Assembly (NCBI GenBank): GCA_964016885.1
Contig: OZ024740.1
Location: 226,176,001-226,240,000, forward strand
Source of the DNA: Eledone cirrhosa
Taxonomy: Eukaryota
DNA: 64,000 nucleotides
Direction: 5' to 3'
The translations under genes were made by a program, and so were the position numbers. Of this stretch, positions 42,531-56,132 are shown piece after piece; the stretch's first letter is position 1, and each line of letters begins with the position of its first letter. The notes below the pieces were generated by a model. The model saw only the letters and a program-made list of their open reading frames with translations. It did not search any database and was not told the origin of the DNA.

Positions 42531-42772
42531 TAGATAGATTTCTTTATTAGCCACAAGGGCGCAACAAGAAAGGGGACAATACAAAGACATGCCGGGGATT
42601 TTACATACAGTCGTGTAAAAAATATAAAAACAAACAATTTCAACTATCGAAATCCCCAATAGGGGGGAGGCGCCACAAATGGGTTGTTTAATACCCCGTC
42701 GATAGAACAACCCTCAACTCGAGGAGCGTGTTGTGCAAGTGCTCCTTTCTTCCTTTTGCTCTCTTCCTCAAC

Positions 42773-45700
42773 CTACAGGCTTATAAACAGAGAAGGCCCA
42801 ATCACTCGGGCCATTTTCGCTTCATTCACCCACCTTTCAGTAAATTTACTGGGGTGCAGTGCCTCTCTCTCCACCCTGATTCTCCTTCTAAAGTGATACT
42901 TAAAGAAGGGAATCAATTGTTGTCCGGAGAGAAAGGCATCTGTCCTCAGTCCTCTCAACCTCGTCCACCATATAACTTCTTTCACCATAGCCACCGTACA
43001 GAGGAAAACCGCCTCTCTTTCGTTTTTGAAAGAGTCTGGCGGTTTGATCCTTACTATGGACTCGGCAGTCAACTGTATTTGTCCCATACGCGACAGCAGT
43101 TGTTCTGCATAGTTCCACAGGTTGCTTACGCCCGGGCAGTGTACAATTGCGTGCAGAACTGTTTCAATGTCCTGCGCACATCTTGGACACGTCCTCTTGG
43201 AAGGATCCCTGCCAGGGCGTCCGTGCCTGTAGATCTTGTCACGAACCGGTAGAGCTCCTCGGTAGCACTGCCAGGCCAGGGACCTCTGGAAGTTGTCCAT
43301 AGGTCCCGGGCGGAAAGTCCTACCAAACATACTGGTGAGCTCATCGTCTTCGACGCCCAGAGTCTCTCCGAGCAGGTCGTCGCCCTTGTAACGTACAATC
43401 CCTCTATAGAATGTCGAAGTGGAGTTTCCACTGATTGCTGCGCCCGCTTGCCAGAGGACTGTGAGCGCCTGAGCGCATTCAATGTGCCAGGCGCCCATCG
43501 TTTTCGGTCTTTTCTTCACCCAGGACTGCAGCTCCGTTAGCGAGACGAGCTGTGGGAAAGCCTGTCTCACAAACGGTGCCCACACCGGTTGGGGGTCGGT
43601 GAGGAATACCTGGAGATGCCGCAGCCTCAGCGCATGTTTGCGCATCATCAGCCACGGCATTCCCAGCCCTCCGTTGGAAGGGTGCTGACAGCAGACGGAT
43701 CTCCTCACCAGCGGAGCCTGCTTCTTCCACAGAAACTGGAAGAGCATGCGTTCCATCTTGGCGAGGTGTTCACGGGGACAAGGTACGACAGTCAAGCGGT
43801 AGTAGATGACGGACGCTATGAAAGTGTTCGCCACCTCCGCTCGACCTTTCAAGGACAGTTTGCACTCTGCCCACTTCTGAGTGAGTGCAAACACCTTGGC
43901 CGTGACCTCGTTCCAGTTTTTCTCCACCTGGAGGTCTGGACCGAACCAGACCCCGAGCAATTTCACCGGTCCGTCCGTCCAGCGTCCAACGACGCTGTCG
44001 GATGTCATCGGTTTGCCTCTCCACGTACCGAGTTGCAAACCGACAGACTTGTCTGGGTTTAGTTTTGCTCCCGTCAGCGTTTCGTATTCTTTCAGTATGT
44101 TGCCGATCACCCCGATTTCCGAGGTGCTCGACACCATTACTGTCACGTCGTCGGCATAAGCCGACGCCGCTTTGCGCAGTCCCGGTTCTAGGGGGATGCC
44201 CTGCAACAGCTCCAAATTCCGCAGTAGTGGCTCTAGAGTCAATACATACAGAATGGAGGAGAGAGGGCATCCCTGTCGAATGGAACGCGTGATTGCGAAC
44301 GGCTCCGATAGGTAGCCGTTCACCTTGACCCTCGAGCAGATGCTGGTGTGCATCGCCTCGATCCATCCTCTGAACACGGGACCGAAACCGGCCGCCTTGA
44401 GAACCGCTTCCAAGTATCGATGGTCGACCCTATCGAATGCCTTAGACTGATCCAAGTTGATCAGAGCCCCACCGAAGCCAGGTTTACTACCCACCCTCTC
44501 TATGATGTATCTCATGAGGTGGAGGTTGTCGTGTATGGACCTGGTCGGGATTGCACACGTTTGCGCTTTCCCTACCAGGTTCTCGACGACAAGCGCCAAC
44601 CTCGTCGCTAGCACCTTGGCCAAAATCTTTAACTCTGTGTTGAGCAGAGTTATGGGCCTGAAGTTGTTAATTTCGTCCCCCTTGTTCTCGTCTTTCCTGA
44701 TCAGCGTTACTACACCCTTGCCTGCAGAACTGGGAATTCTCCCGTTCTGCTGCCAATTGCAGTAGACGGCTTCGAGGATGCCAGAGAACAAGTCCGGCAT
44801 GCCTATGTAAAATTCGTAGGGTAGACCATCTAGACCGGGTGACTTGCGTTTCCCGCAGCGGCCCAGAGCGTTCCGTATCTCAGTGTCCGTGATCGATCTT
44901 TCGCAGAACTCGGCGTCCGTGTTCGAGAGACGCGGCAGGCCGTCGAGGTATGAACTAAAGTCCATTGCCCCGTTCAGCTCACCGTCGTTCTGCTCAAACA
45001 GTCGCGCAAAGTGCCGCTGAAAGGCCGCGCACATTTGCTTGGGGTCAAGTAGCACGCGTCCGTTTTGGTCTTTCAAAGACCGAATCGTGGACTTGTTGCC
45101 ACTTTTTGCCTCCGCCACTCGGGCCCAGCTGACAGCTCTCGCTCCTTCGTTTCCTAGAGCACGTGTTTTGCTTCTGACCACGCAGCCTTCGTGTTTCGCA
45201 GCGAAGAACTGGTCCAGTGCCGTTCTCGACGCTAACACTCTAGCCGCGTTGCCACTTCTAAGTGCCTCCTCTACCTTGGCTACTAGTTCTCTTTCTATTC
45301 TGTTTTTCTCTAAGGCTAACTCTCTGCTATACCCTATCGATTCTATTCTAATTGCTTTCTTGAGAGAGTACCACCATCTATTGTTGACGATGGCTCCCGT
45401 TAACTGTTGCTTGACTAGTTTACTTATCCGTTCACTGTAAGCTTTACGTGTCGGCAACGACACGTTCAGCTTCCAGTATCCGGGACCCTGTCTATGTATT
45501 CTATCACGGTTGACTAAGCAGACGACTAACTTGTGATCTGAATAGGCAACCATGTGCATTCGTGGACAGCTTAACATATCCTTGTCCCTTTCTCTAATGA
45601 AGAACCTATCTAAATACGATCTAGATGTCCCACTGTGGTTTACCCACGTCCACTGTGGTGCAGTCGGGAAATCCAGTCGATACCTATCGGCCAGTTGGAA

Positions 45701-46219
45701 TTGGCCGATTAAAGTTTTGAGGCTGTTGCACCCCCCTCTACTGGGACATGCTCCCACATAGACCCATCGTGCATCTAGGATACCATTCCAGTCCCCCACT
45801 AAAAGTAAGGAGCGAGACGTTCCCAGAAAAGACTCTAGACGCTTAAAGAAGTCTGGCCGTGATTGCGATTGCCCGGTCGGGGCATAAACGGCCACCAGTC
45901 TGAAGGCTCCACCTCCGATACTGTTCACGTCTAGGACTACCAGTCTACCCTCCGGGTCCAAGTGTACTTGCTGTACTCCGACGTCCAGGTTCTTCCGAAA
46001 CATAACAGCCACTCCACCTCCACCTCCTGGCTGACAGAGAGATGCGTAGATCTCAAAGTCGTCGAAGATGGGGGTTAGTTGCTGCCTGTTGTGGATTCTG
46101 GACTCGGTGATGGCTATCACATCCATACTGTGTGACCTAAGGTCGTTTAAAAGTTGGCCCTGTTTCCAGGGCATCCCTAGGCCACGCACATTCACGGTTC
46201 CAACTCGTAAACCAGCCAT
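42773..46219 (-). CDS. ORF2: AP endonuclease + reverse transcriptase + CCHC zinc finger, intact 1148 aa
   Basis: NVRG, VYAP, GDWN, YLDR, SDH; SPGLDG, FRPITL, DQSKAFD, RQGCPLS, YADD; CPRC..H..C. Confidence 0.93.
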   Translation of the reverse strand: MAGLRVGTVNVRGLGMPWKQGQLLNDLRSHSMDVIAITESRIHNRQQLTPIFDDFEIYASLCQPGGGGGVAVMFRKNLDVGVQQVHLDPEGRLVVLDVNSIGGGAFRLVAVYAPTGQSQSRPDFFKRLESFLGTSRSLLLVGDWNGILDARWVYVGACPSRGGCNSLKTLIGQFQLADRYRLDFPTAPQWTWVNHSGTSRSYLDRFFIRERDKDMLSCPRMHMVAYSDHKLVVCLVNRDRIHRQGPGYWKLNVSLPTRKAYSERISKLVKQQLTGAIVNNRWWYSLKKAIRIESIGYSRELALEKNRIERELVAKVEEALRSGNAARVLASRTALDQFFAAKHEGCVVRSKTRALGNEGARAVSWARVAEAKSGNKSTIRSLKDQNGRVLLDPKQMCAAFQRHFARLFEQNDGELNGAMDFSSYLDGLPRLSNTDAEFCERSITDTEIRNALGRCGKRKSPGLDGLPYEFYIGMPDLFSGILEAVYCNWQQNGRIPSSAGKGVVTLIRKDENKGDEINNFRPITLLNTELKILAKVLATRLALVVENLVGKAQTCAIPTRSIHDNLHLMRYIIERVGSKPGFGGALINLDQSKAFDRVDHRYLEAVLKAAGFGPVFRGWIEAMHTSICSRVKVNGYLSEPFAITRSIRQGCPLSSILYVLTLEPLLRNLELLQGIPLEPGLRKAASAYADDVTVMVSSTSEIGVIGNILKEYETLTGAKLNPDKSVGLQLGTWRGKPMTSDSVVGRWTDGPVKLLGVWFGPDLQVEKNWNEVTAKVFALTQKWAECKLSLKGRAEVANTFIASVIYYRLTVVPCPREHLAKMERMLFQFLWKKQAPLVRRSVCCQHPSNGGLGMPWLMMRKHALRLRHLQVFLTDPQPVWAPFVRQAFPQLVSLTELQSWVKKRPKTMGAWHIECAQALTVLWQAGAAISGNSTSTFYRGIVRYKGDDLLGETLGVEDDELTSMFGRTFRPGPMDNFQRSLAWQCYRGALPVRDKIYRHGRPGRDPSKRTCPRCAQDIETVLHAIVHCPGVSNLWNYAEQLLSRMGQIQLTAESIVRIKPPDSFKNEREAVFLCTVAMVKEVIWWTRLRGLRTDAFLSGQQLIPFFKYHFRRRIRVEREALHPSKFTERWVNEAKMARVIGPSLFISL

Positions 46220-46260
46220 GTTGGTGAAGAAAAGTTGGAGAAAAAGGACGAAAGGTGCAC

Positions 46261-48033
46261 TTACCTTTTCGTTTCCTGGAGATCGGGTTGTTCAATCTCC
46301 ATTTGGGTGCTGGATGGGGTGTTGGGTGGGGTGGGGAAACATTTCAACAGGACGCGGTTGATGGGTTTGTGGCAGGGGTTGCCCACGTCCTGTGAAAATT
46401 TAATTTTCAGGTATTTATAGGTTTCCATAGAAACCCTTATAAGTTTAAGGTGTGGAGACGATTCTGCCTTGACGAAAGTTTTGCCCTCCATCTCCACCTG
46501 GGGGTTTTGGGAGATGACCTCCATCAAACTCTTGTTGTTTGTGTTGATGTATGCGTATTGTTGTTTTTGTTTTTGTTGTATTGTTTTAGTTTGTTGTTCA
46601 TCCGGGAGTTTTCTTTTTATGGTGAGTGCTTGTGTTTGGGGTGGTGTTGGTGCTGGTTTTGCTGATAGGGGATGTTTGACTGTGGTGTTGTTTGTGTTGT
46701 TGTTTGTGTCTGTGGTTGTGTGTTGGTGTTGGTGATTGGAGTTTTGGGGCTTTTGTGGTGTCTCTTTTTTTGTTTTTTGGATTTCCGCTGTTCTCCCTCT
46801 TCTTCACTTAAAGAAGGAGAAGCAGCTTCATCCGTCGATGAATAATCATCGTCAGGTGTGTGGGGTAAGGGTATGTTGTGTGGTGGTGGTGGTGTTTCGG
46901 TATGTGTGTTTGTGGTAGTGTTTGATGGAGTGGGATGGAGTGGGGATGTGTTCTTCAGGGGTGTTGTCTCTGTTTTTTCTGTTGTTGTTGGTTGAGTGTC
47001 TGTTTGTTTTGGTGTGGTTGCTCGTTTCGTCTGTCGTTGTACTTGTGGTGGTGGTGGTGTTGGTAATAGCGTTTTTTTTATGATGTTGCTGTTGTGTGTT
47101 TGTGGACAAGAGGCTTTTAGGTGAGATGTGCTACCACAGCGAAAGCAGTGAAATTTTCTTCCTTCTACCGAAATGTTTATTTTGTTGTTATTATCAATAA
47201 CGACTCTTTCGGGTATTTTGGAGATTCTCTCCGGTTTCATTTGCAACAGAATCTCCAAATCGGTTCCCGCCCACCTTTGTCGAATGGATTTTCGTATCGA
47301 AAGTATTATGTCTGTTTCTGGCTCTACGAAGCCAGCCAAGATCCACCAGATGTTAATGCTTGGTGGTATGTTTTTTATTTTTATTTTTTGTGTCCTTTTC
47401 CCCATGTATGTAGGGAAAAAGGTGTATGCTTTTGACACTATTGGTGTCACAGAGTTTTTTGGGGCCAGTGCCTCGCTTTTAAACAGTACGGAAACACTTC
47501 CGTACTGTTTTCCTCGCTGGAGAAAATCGACATTTCCTAGAATCTCCTTGAAAGAATCTTCTATATCTGACTGATTAACAAATGTCGGTTTTCTTGACGA
47601 ATTTGACACAGTCCTAAAAGTGACTGATCGGCGGTTTGTGTCTTCCTTTATTTCAAGGGGTGAGTTAATTCTAAACCCACCTCTTTCTTCGAAAGTTACA
47701 AATTTTCTCCCTTGCTGGAGCATATCTCTTGCGTTGGAGATATCAAGATTTATAAAATCTTGTTTCTTGTTGACTGTGTCAGCAAAAGACATTTTCTTTT
47801 TTTGTGTGATGTTGTTGTTAATAATGATGTTATCGTTGTTGGAAATTTTATGTGTAGATGTATCTGTAGAGTTGTTGATGTCTTTTTCATGTGTATGTAT
47901 GTCAATGGGTTTTTTTGCCGTGTTTTCCCGTGTGTTATTGTCATTTTTCTCCGCTTCGGCGGTAGAAATTGTAACATTTTCAAATGTTGATATATTTTTT
48001 TTCTTTTGTGACAGTATCTATGGCAACGTCCAT
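46261..48033 (-). pseudogene. ORF1 (zinc-knuckle protein); open 46617-47792, with two apparent frameshifts
   Basis: CFRCGSTSHLKASC (CX2CX4HX4C); reading continues in adjacent frames upstream (A-run at about 47995-48008) and downstream (about 46670 to the stop at 46261). Confidence 0.7.
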
Positions 48034-48337
48034 AGCAGCAGAAGCAGATATAACGTTAATATCTGCCTCTTTCTCTCTCTTTTCTCTATTAACGTTCTCC
48101 AGCGTTCTAGTGTTGCTCAAGTTGTTTTACTTTGTAAAATTTGATATTTTAAAACAAACTTTTACATAAAATTTTCGCCCCTACAGGGGCGAAAAATGGG
48201 ATTAACACCCGGCTGACAATTCAGCTTGGGGGTTAATCTACAAAGTGTTGTATTTTTTTCAAACAATTAGATCGGTTTTTTGCATAGAAATTAACAAAAA
48301 ACTTACCGGCGATATTCCACACGTTAGACAGAAAGAG

Positions 48338-48409
<72 letters not shown>

Positions 48410-48410
48410 T

Positions 48411-48490
48411 GATATATTTCTTTATTTACCATAAAGGCATAAAAAGAAGGGACAAATACAAAGGGGGAGTTTACATATAATCGAGTAAAA
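48411..48490 (-). mobile_element. 3'-end fragment of a second Tx1-like copy
   Basis: tttctttatt..aagggacaaatacaaa..tttacata..gtaaaa resembles 42539-42620; followed (element sense) by (TCTA)n. Confidence 0.65.
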
Positions 48491-48901
48491 AGGGTCTGAG
48501 AATTGAACTCACTAACCACTAAGCCATGTGCTTCCATGTATATATATAAACAGGAAATATAAGCCAACAGGTTAAAATTAGCTTTATTTATTCATAGCCA
48601 CTGTTATATATATTTCGGTGATAACTGTTATGCAACAGCTATGACCTCAACAGTCAGATAGAATTAAAACAGAAAAAAGTAAACATGAAATAAAGTTTAC
48701 TTCTGTTGTTTCGATTCATTGATATGCTCTGGGTTGAATTTTGGTGTTGCTTTCTCCAGGCTCCAGATATAAATTTCATGTTTATCAGTATACTCCAGAG
48801 TAAACAGACTCACTTGAGCACTTTGTTGAGTGATCTCTCCTGCATACTGAAGTGTCAGTGATTATCCAACACATACTCGAATTAATTATATATATATATA
48901 T

Positions 48902-49579
48902 CATCATCATCATCATCATTTAACGTCCATCTTCCAAGCTAGCATGGGTCTGGACGGGAATTCTCCCACTTGAGGTATGATTGGTTGTCTTGCCCATGAC
49001 TGTCTGGCGTGTTTTCTACGGTTGGATGCCCTTCCTAACACCAACCATGTTTACAGTGTGGACTGGGAGGTTTTTACTGTGTTACCTACACGGCCACATT
49101 ACAGCGTGGACTGTGTGTTTTTTTGTCGTGACACCTACACGACCTCATTTATTTAGGACTGGATGTTGTGGTACCAATATAGCTTTACATCAAAAGGGGT
49201 GGTGAGATGGCGGTTGGGGTAGGGGGTAATGTGACGGGGTGTATTTTGGTTAAGAGGTGCCTACTAACTGTAGGTTTCGCTTTGTACTTAGGCAAGGCGC
49301 GTCTTCTGTATTACTGCGTAGCACCAAAGATCTCGGTCCAGCGACATTATCTTGGAGAGGTGTAAGTGTGTGAGGTCGGAATTTATCAAGTCATCCCAGA
49401 TTTTTCTGGGTCTGCCTACTCCATAGCTACCGTCTATTTAGATCGCTCTGCACTTTTTTAAACAGCTGTCGTCTTTCATGCGCATCACGTGACCATACCA
49501 ACGTAGTCTTCTCTCGAGTAAACAGCATCTGATCCCTCTTATTCCTAATTTCTCACTTAGTTCATTTATGCTTTCGCGT
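48902..49579 (-). mobile_element. 5'-truncated RTE LINE 3' end
   Basis: Diverged reverse complement of about 52140-52840. Confidence 0.85.
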
Positions 49580-49592
49580 ATATATATATATA

Positions 49593-52500
49593 TGGGCTGG
49601 GTGGGGTAGGAATCATGTTAGCAGAAAAATGGGTGGATAAGATAATAGACGTAAATAGAGTGAATGACAGAATAATTAAAATAAGACTTGTTCTAAATAG
49701 AACTACGGTGACAGTAATATCTGCGTACGCACCCCAATCCGGACTGCCAGACGCTATAAAAGACAGATTCTATGAGACACTGATGCTCACTACCTCCCAA
49801 ATAATCGACAGTGACTATATAATTATTGCTGGCGACCTAAATGGTCACGTTGGACAACATTGTGACGGCTATGATGGAATCCATGGAGGCTATGTGTTTG
49901 GTACTAGAAATGAGGAAGGCTCCAGAATCCTGCAATTCTGTGACGCAAATAACCTAACTATCACTAACTTCAAAAAACGAGACAATCACTTGCTCACCTA
50001 TAGATCAGGGGAACACGCCAGCCAGGTAGATTATATTCTTACCAGAAGACGTGACAGAGTGTCTGTTGTAAACACTAAATCCCTCCCCCATGAAGAATGC
50101 ACCTCCCAACATAGCCTCATAGTTAGTGACCTCAAAGTCAGGATGAGACTTATTCGACAACAGAAGAGGACTATCCTCAGAAAAAAAATATGGAAGCTAA
50201 AGGATCCCAGAGCCAGTAATAAATTTAAAAGCATATTACTTGATGCTTTCGACAGTAAGGAAGAGCAATTAGTGTCGTACAATATAGAGGAACAGTGGGA
50301 ATTCCTGAAAGCAAATCTGCTGATGGCGACAGATGAAGTCTGTGGCTGGAGCAGGCCTATAGGCAGGAGGAGAGTAACGTGGTGGTGGAACATTAAGGTG
50401 AAGGAGTCAATTAAGGCCAAAAAGCAGGCTTGGAAAGTATGGCGGGATGGGGGAAGTAGAGAAGACTATCAAGTGGCAAGAGGGAAGCTAGGAGACAAGT
50501 GTACTTCGCAAGAAGGGAAGCAGAGGAAAGAAAGTTCAAGCATGTTCTACAACGCGAGGACCAAAAACGTGAGGTGTTCAGGATTGCTAGGCAATGTGTC
50601 AAGGAAAACCGTGATATTTTCGGGGAGAAGTGTGTCCTTAATGATGATGGTTTACTTGCCATCACTGACGCTGATAAGAAGGTAGCTTGGAAGTGTCACT
50701 ACGAAAGGCTACTAAATGAGGAGAATAAATGGGAGAAAGACAGTCTCCCCCCACATCGACCCAATAGATGGACCAGCAGTGTTAGTCAAAGGTAGTATAA
50801 TAAGTAAGGCAATCAAAGATATGAAGACGGGTAAGGCGGCTGGGCCTTCGGAAATAGTTGCTGAAATGCTGAAAGCTTCTGGAACGGTGGGACACACCAT
50901 GGTCACCCGGATAGTAAACCTAGTCATACAGAATGGGGTTGTTCCGAAGGACTGGCGTAGAGGCATCATCATTTACTGCTACAAGGGTAAAGGAGATGCC
51001 CTAGATAGGGGTAACTATAGAGGCATTAAATTAATCAACCAGGTCATGAAGGTCACAGAAAAAGTAATAAGTCAACTAATCAGAGAGCGAATTGATCTAG
51101 ATGAAATGCAGTTCGGGTTTGTGTCAGGTAAAAGTACCACAGACGCTCTTTTCATTGTACGACAACTACAGGAGAAGTATCTAGCTAAAAGTAAACCCCT
51201 ATACTTAGCTTTTGTCGACTTGGAGAAACCCTTTGACAGAGTCCCCCGCTCCATTATCTGGTGGGCTCTTAGAAAACTAGGTGTTGATGAATGGCTTGTG
51301 AGAGCTATACAAGCCATGTATAAAGAAACAGTCAGCAAGGTTAGTATTAACAACGAATATAGTGAAGAGCTTAGCGTAAAAGTTGGTGTTCATCAGGGCT
51401 CCGTTGTTAGCCCCCTATTATTTATTATTGCCCTTCAGGCTATAACAGTGGAGTTCAAGACCGGCCGCCCATAGGAACTTCTATATGCAGATGATCTAAC
51501 GCTCATAGCTGAATCAATGGCTGAACTAGAGAAGAAATTCCAAACATGGAAACATGGCCTAGAATCAAAATGCCTTAAAATTAACCTGTCTAAGACTAAA
51601 GTTCTAGTTTGTAGGAAGGAAAATAGGGCACCGGTGCCATCCGGGAAATGGCCATGCTCAGTGTGTAGGAAAGGAGTAGGTAGAAACTCCATTTTATGTC
51701 CCAAATGCAAAGAATGGGTGCATAAAATATGTAGTGGGATCACAGGTAAGCTAACTAAGAATATAGATTTTATATGTGGGCGGTGCTCTGGTGCAATAAG
51801 TAGCAGCAACTGCCCATAGAATACTAGCTCATTCCATTGCATAGATGGTTCTATAGAAATAGTGGACACCTTCCGTTACTTGGGTGACAAAATAAGCAGT
51901 GGTTGAGGGTGATCAGAAAGTACAGTAGCTAGAGTCAGAACTGGATGGAAAAAGTTCAGAGAGCTTATACCACTATTAGCCGCTAAATGGTTCTCTCTAA
52001 AAATGAAAGGCAGGCTGTATGATGCCTGCATACGAACAGCAATGTTACATGGCAGTGAGACCTGGGCATTTTGTGCAGAGGATATACGCAGACTGGAGAG
52101 GAAGGAAGCTTGCATGCTCCGCTGGATGTGTAAAAGTAATATACGTGAATGGCAAAGCATAAACGAACTAAGGGAAAAATTAGAAATAAGAGGGATCAGA
52201 TGTTGTTTACTCGAGAGAAGACTACGTTGGTATGGTCACGTGATGCGCATGAAAGACGATAGCTGTATAAAAAGAGTGCAGGGCAATAAAAATAGACGGT
52301 AGCCACGGAGTAGGCAGACCCAGAAAAACCTGGGACGACTTCATAAATTCCGACCTCACACACTTACACCTCTTCAAGACAATGTCACTGGACCGAGATC
52401 TTTGGCGCTACACAGTAATACAGAAGACCCGCCTTACCTAAGTACAAAGTGAAACCTACTACAGTCAGTAGGCACCTTTAACAAAAATACACCCCCGTCC

Positions 52501-52839
52501 CACTACCCCCACCCCATCCACACCACCACTTTCAATGTAAAGTTATGTTGGTACCACAACATCCAGTTCGAAACAAATTAGGTCATGTAGGTGTCACGAC
52601 AAAAAAACACACAGTCCACGCTGTAATGTGGCCGTATAGGTAACACGGTAAAAACCTCCCAGTCCACACTGTAAACGTTGTTGGTGTTAGGAAGGGCATC
52701 CAGCCGTAGAAAACCCTCCAGACAGTGGTATGCGAGCAAGACAAAAACTCTTGCCTCAAGTGGGAAAACTCCCGTCCAAACCCATGCAAGCGTGGAAGAT
52801 GGACGTTAAACGATGCTGATGATTATGATGATGATGATG

Positions 52840-52841
<2 letters not shown>
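49593..52841 (+). mobile_element. 5'-truncated decayed RTE LINE, second subfamily
   Basis: SAYAP, AGDLNGH, QVDYIL; RT NYRGI, HQGS, LYADD; WPCSVC..CPKC..H..C..CGRC; frameshifts and stops; (GAT)n tail. Confidence 0.92.
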
Positions 52842-52896
<55 letters not shown>

Positions 52897-52899
<3 letters not shown>

Positions 52900-53208
52900 C
52901 TTTCTGATGTTGCTTCGTAGTCGAATCATGAATCTTTCAATTCCTTTCTGACGTTTTCCACCATTCTCCTGCTGACGCTGAGAAAGTCTGAAATTTCTTT
53001 ATTTGTCCTCCCAGCGTGGATTCCAAGAAGAACTCCGTGTCTCATCCACAAATTTGGAGGTTCAAAATTATTCATAATCAATTATTTTGAAAATAAATAA
53101 TGGATATATAGTCACTGTTTTTATGAAGACAAGAGTGACAACGGAAGTAAAAAAAATTTGCATAAAATTAGCAGTTGAAAACTGCGAACAAATATCGTCC
53201 ACACCCTG
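52897..53208 (-). mobile_element. 5' end of a Tc1/mariner-superfamily transposon
   Basis: TA|CAGGGTG terminus; minus-strand MRHGVLLGIHAGRTNKEISDFLSVSRRMVENVRKEL is HTH-like. Confidence 0.6.
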
Positions 53209-54230
<1,022 letters not shown>

Positions 54231-54233
<3 letters not shown>

Positions 54234-54548
54234 TCATCATCATCATCATTTTACGTCTGCTTTTGCCTCCTTGCAAGGGTGGGACTGAAACTGATTCTGG
54301 CCTGATTTCTAAAGCTGGATGCCCTTCCTAACACCAACCTCATTTACAGTGAGTGCTGGGTGCTTCTTTGCCGTGGGACCTCCACGACCACTTTGCAGTG
54401 GAATGATAGGGACCCCAGTCACTATCATCTCATTTCTACAGCTGAGTAAACTGGAGCAATGTGAAATAAAGTGTCTTGCTCAAGGAAACAACACATCACC
54501 CGGTCTGAGAATTGAACTCACAACCTTTCGATTGCAAGCCCACTAAAC
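54231..54548 (-). mobile_element. tRNA-derived SINE with RTE tail
   Basis: Reverse complement of the 20659-21001 family. Confidence 0.85.
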
Positions 54549-54600
54549 CATTTGCCGTTTGCGAGTCCGTGTGTGAGTGAGTGTGTGTGTGTGTGCGTGT

Positions 54601-54644
<44 letters not shown>

Positions 54645-54647
<3 letters not shown>

Positions 54648-54973
54648 TGGTTAGAGCATTGGGCTTGCAATCGAAAGGTTGTGAGTTCAATTCTCAGACC
54701 GGGTGATGTGTTGTTTCCTTGAGCAAGACACTTTATTTCACATTGCTCCAGTTTACTCAGCTGTAGAAATGAGATGATAGGACTGGGGTCCCTATCATTC
54801 CACTGCAAAGTGGACGTGTAGGCGCCACGGAAAAAAAATCACCCACCACTCACTGTAAATAAGGTTGTGTTAGGAAGGGCATCCAGCTGTAGAAATCAAG
54901 CCTGAATAAGTTCCCGTCCCACCCTTGCAATCAGGGAAAAGCAGACGTAAAATGATGATGATGATGATGATGA
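54645..54973 (+). mobile_element. tRNA-derived SINE with RTE tail
   Basis: Same family as 20659-21001; head-to-head with 54231-54548. Confidence 0.85.
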
Positions 54974-54996
54974 TAGATATATATATACATATATAC

Positions 54997-55108
<112 letters not shown>

Positions 55109-55926
55109 TAAAATAACAGATTAAAGTTTAAGCAAAGAATCGCTGCTTTCACCCTTAACGGGATCTTCTGAAACTAACAAAGTCAATCTGTAAACGCAGA
55201 AATGGATATTTCAAAAAACGTTGCAACCGGAGGAAGACAGGAAGACGATACTTTGGTTCGTGGTAACGTTCGCTGGCAAAGAACAGGAAAAAACGAATAA
55301 TACGTCATTAATAGGAGCGGTGAAAAACAATTAGGCGCAAAGACAGAACCACGTTTATGGTATAAAAGAGGTCGTAGACTAATGTTCTCTTAGGTGGTGC
55401 ATAGAGACGTTCTCTGGCAATGAACGAAAAAACGAAGATAATACGTCATATGTGGAGCGTGGAGAACAATAGCACGCAAAGACAAAACCACGTAAATGGT
55501 ATAGCAGAAGTCGTAGACTAAAATTCTAACTAGGAGACCAAATGAATCTCCGCTACAGAGTTAAGAACAAAGTAAATAAATACAATACAGAAGTAATAGA
55601 AACAAATAAATACATACACGCAAACAGATACGTACATAAACAAGCATACGCAAAACCTTACCATAGGTATACAAAACCACGCACATATAAATATGTGTGT
55701 GTGTGTATGCTCGTGTAAAAATAAATAAATAATTATATAAACGTATATAAGTAAATAAATACGTATATAACAAGCGCACACACATACCTACAAATAAATA
55801 CACGAATGTTCGGAGACGTAAGTCAACTAAAACAAGAAGTACACATATACACATACCCACCATACGTACGAACCTGCATACTCACGCAGACGCAAAACTC
55901 CCGTATACACATAGCCAAACCTATTA

Positions 55927-55981
<55 letters not shown>

Positions 55982-56015
55982 AGATTTGAATGGATACAGT
56001 TTAGTTGAAAGGAAT

Positions 56016-56132
56016 TTATTGACACGTGTTTCTATAACAGTTACATAACCTAAAACAGCTATCTACAAACTTTTAGTTATGCAGACATTCAATATTTCAA
56101 TGTTATTATTTACTGTCATTTCATCAGAATAA
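56016..56132 (-). ncRNA. Mirror copy of the Penelope hammerhead in the inverted arm
   Basis: Reverse complement of 60904-61020. Confidence 0.75.

Larger units (their letters stand above)
42540..48333 (-). mobile_element. Near full-length Tx1/L1-group non-LTR retrotransposon
   Basis: ORF1 + ORF2, AATAAA at the 3' end, both flanks carry agagagatagatagat (42524-42539; 48334-48349), a possible TSD. Confidence 0.9.

Noticed and set aside
43126-46361. Alternative-frame and antisense ORFs inside the Tx1 ORF2
   Set aside because: Shadow ORFs of a GC-rich coding sequence
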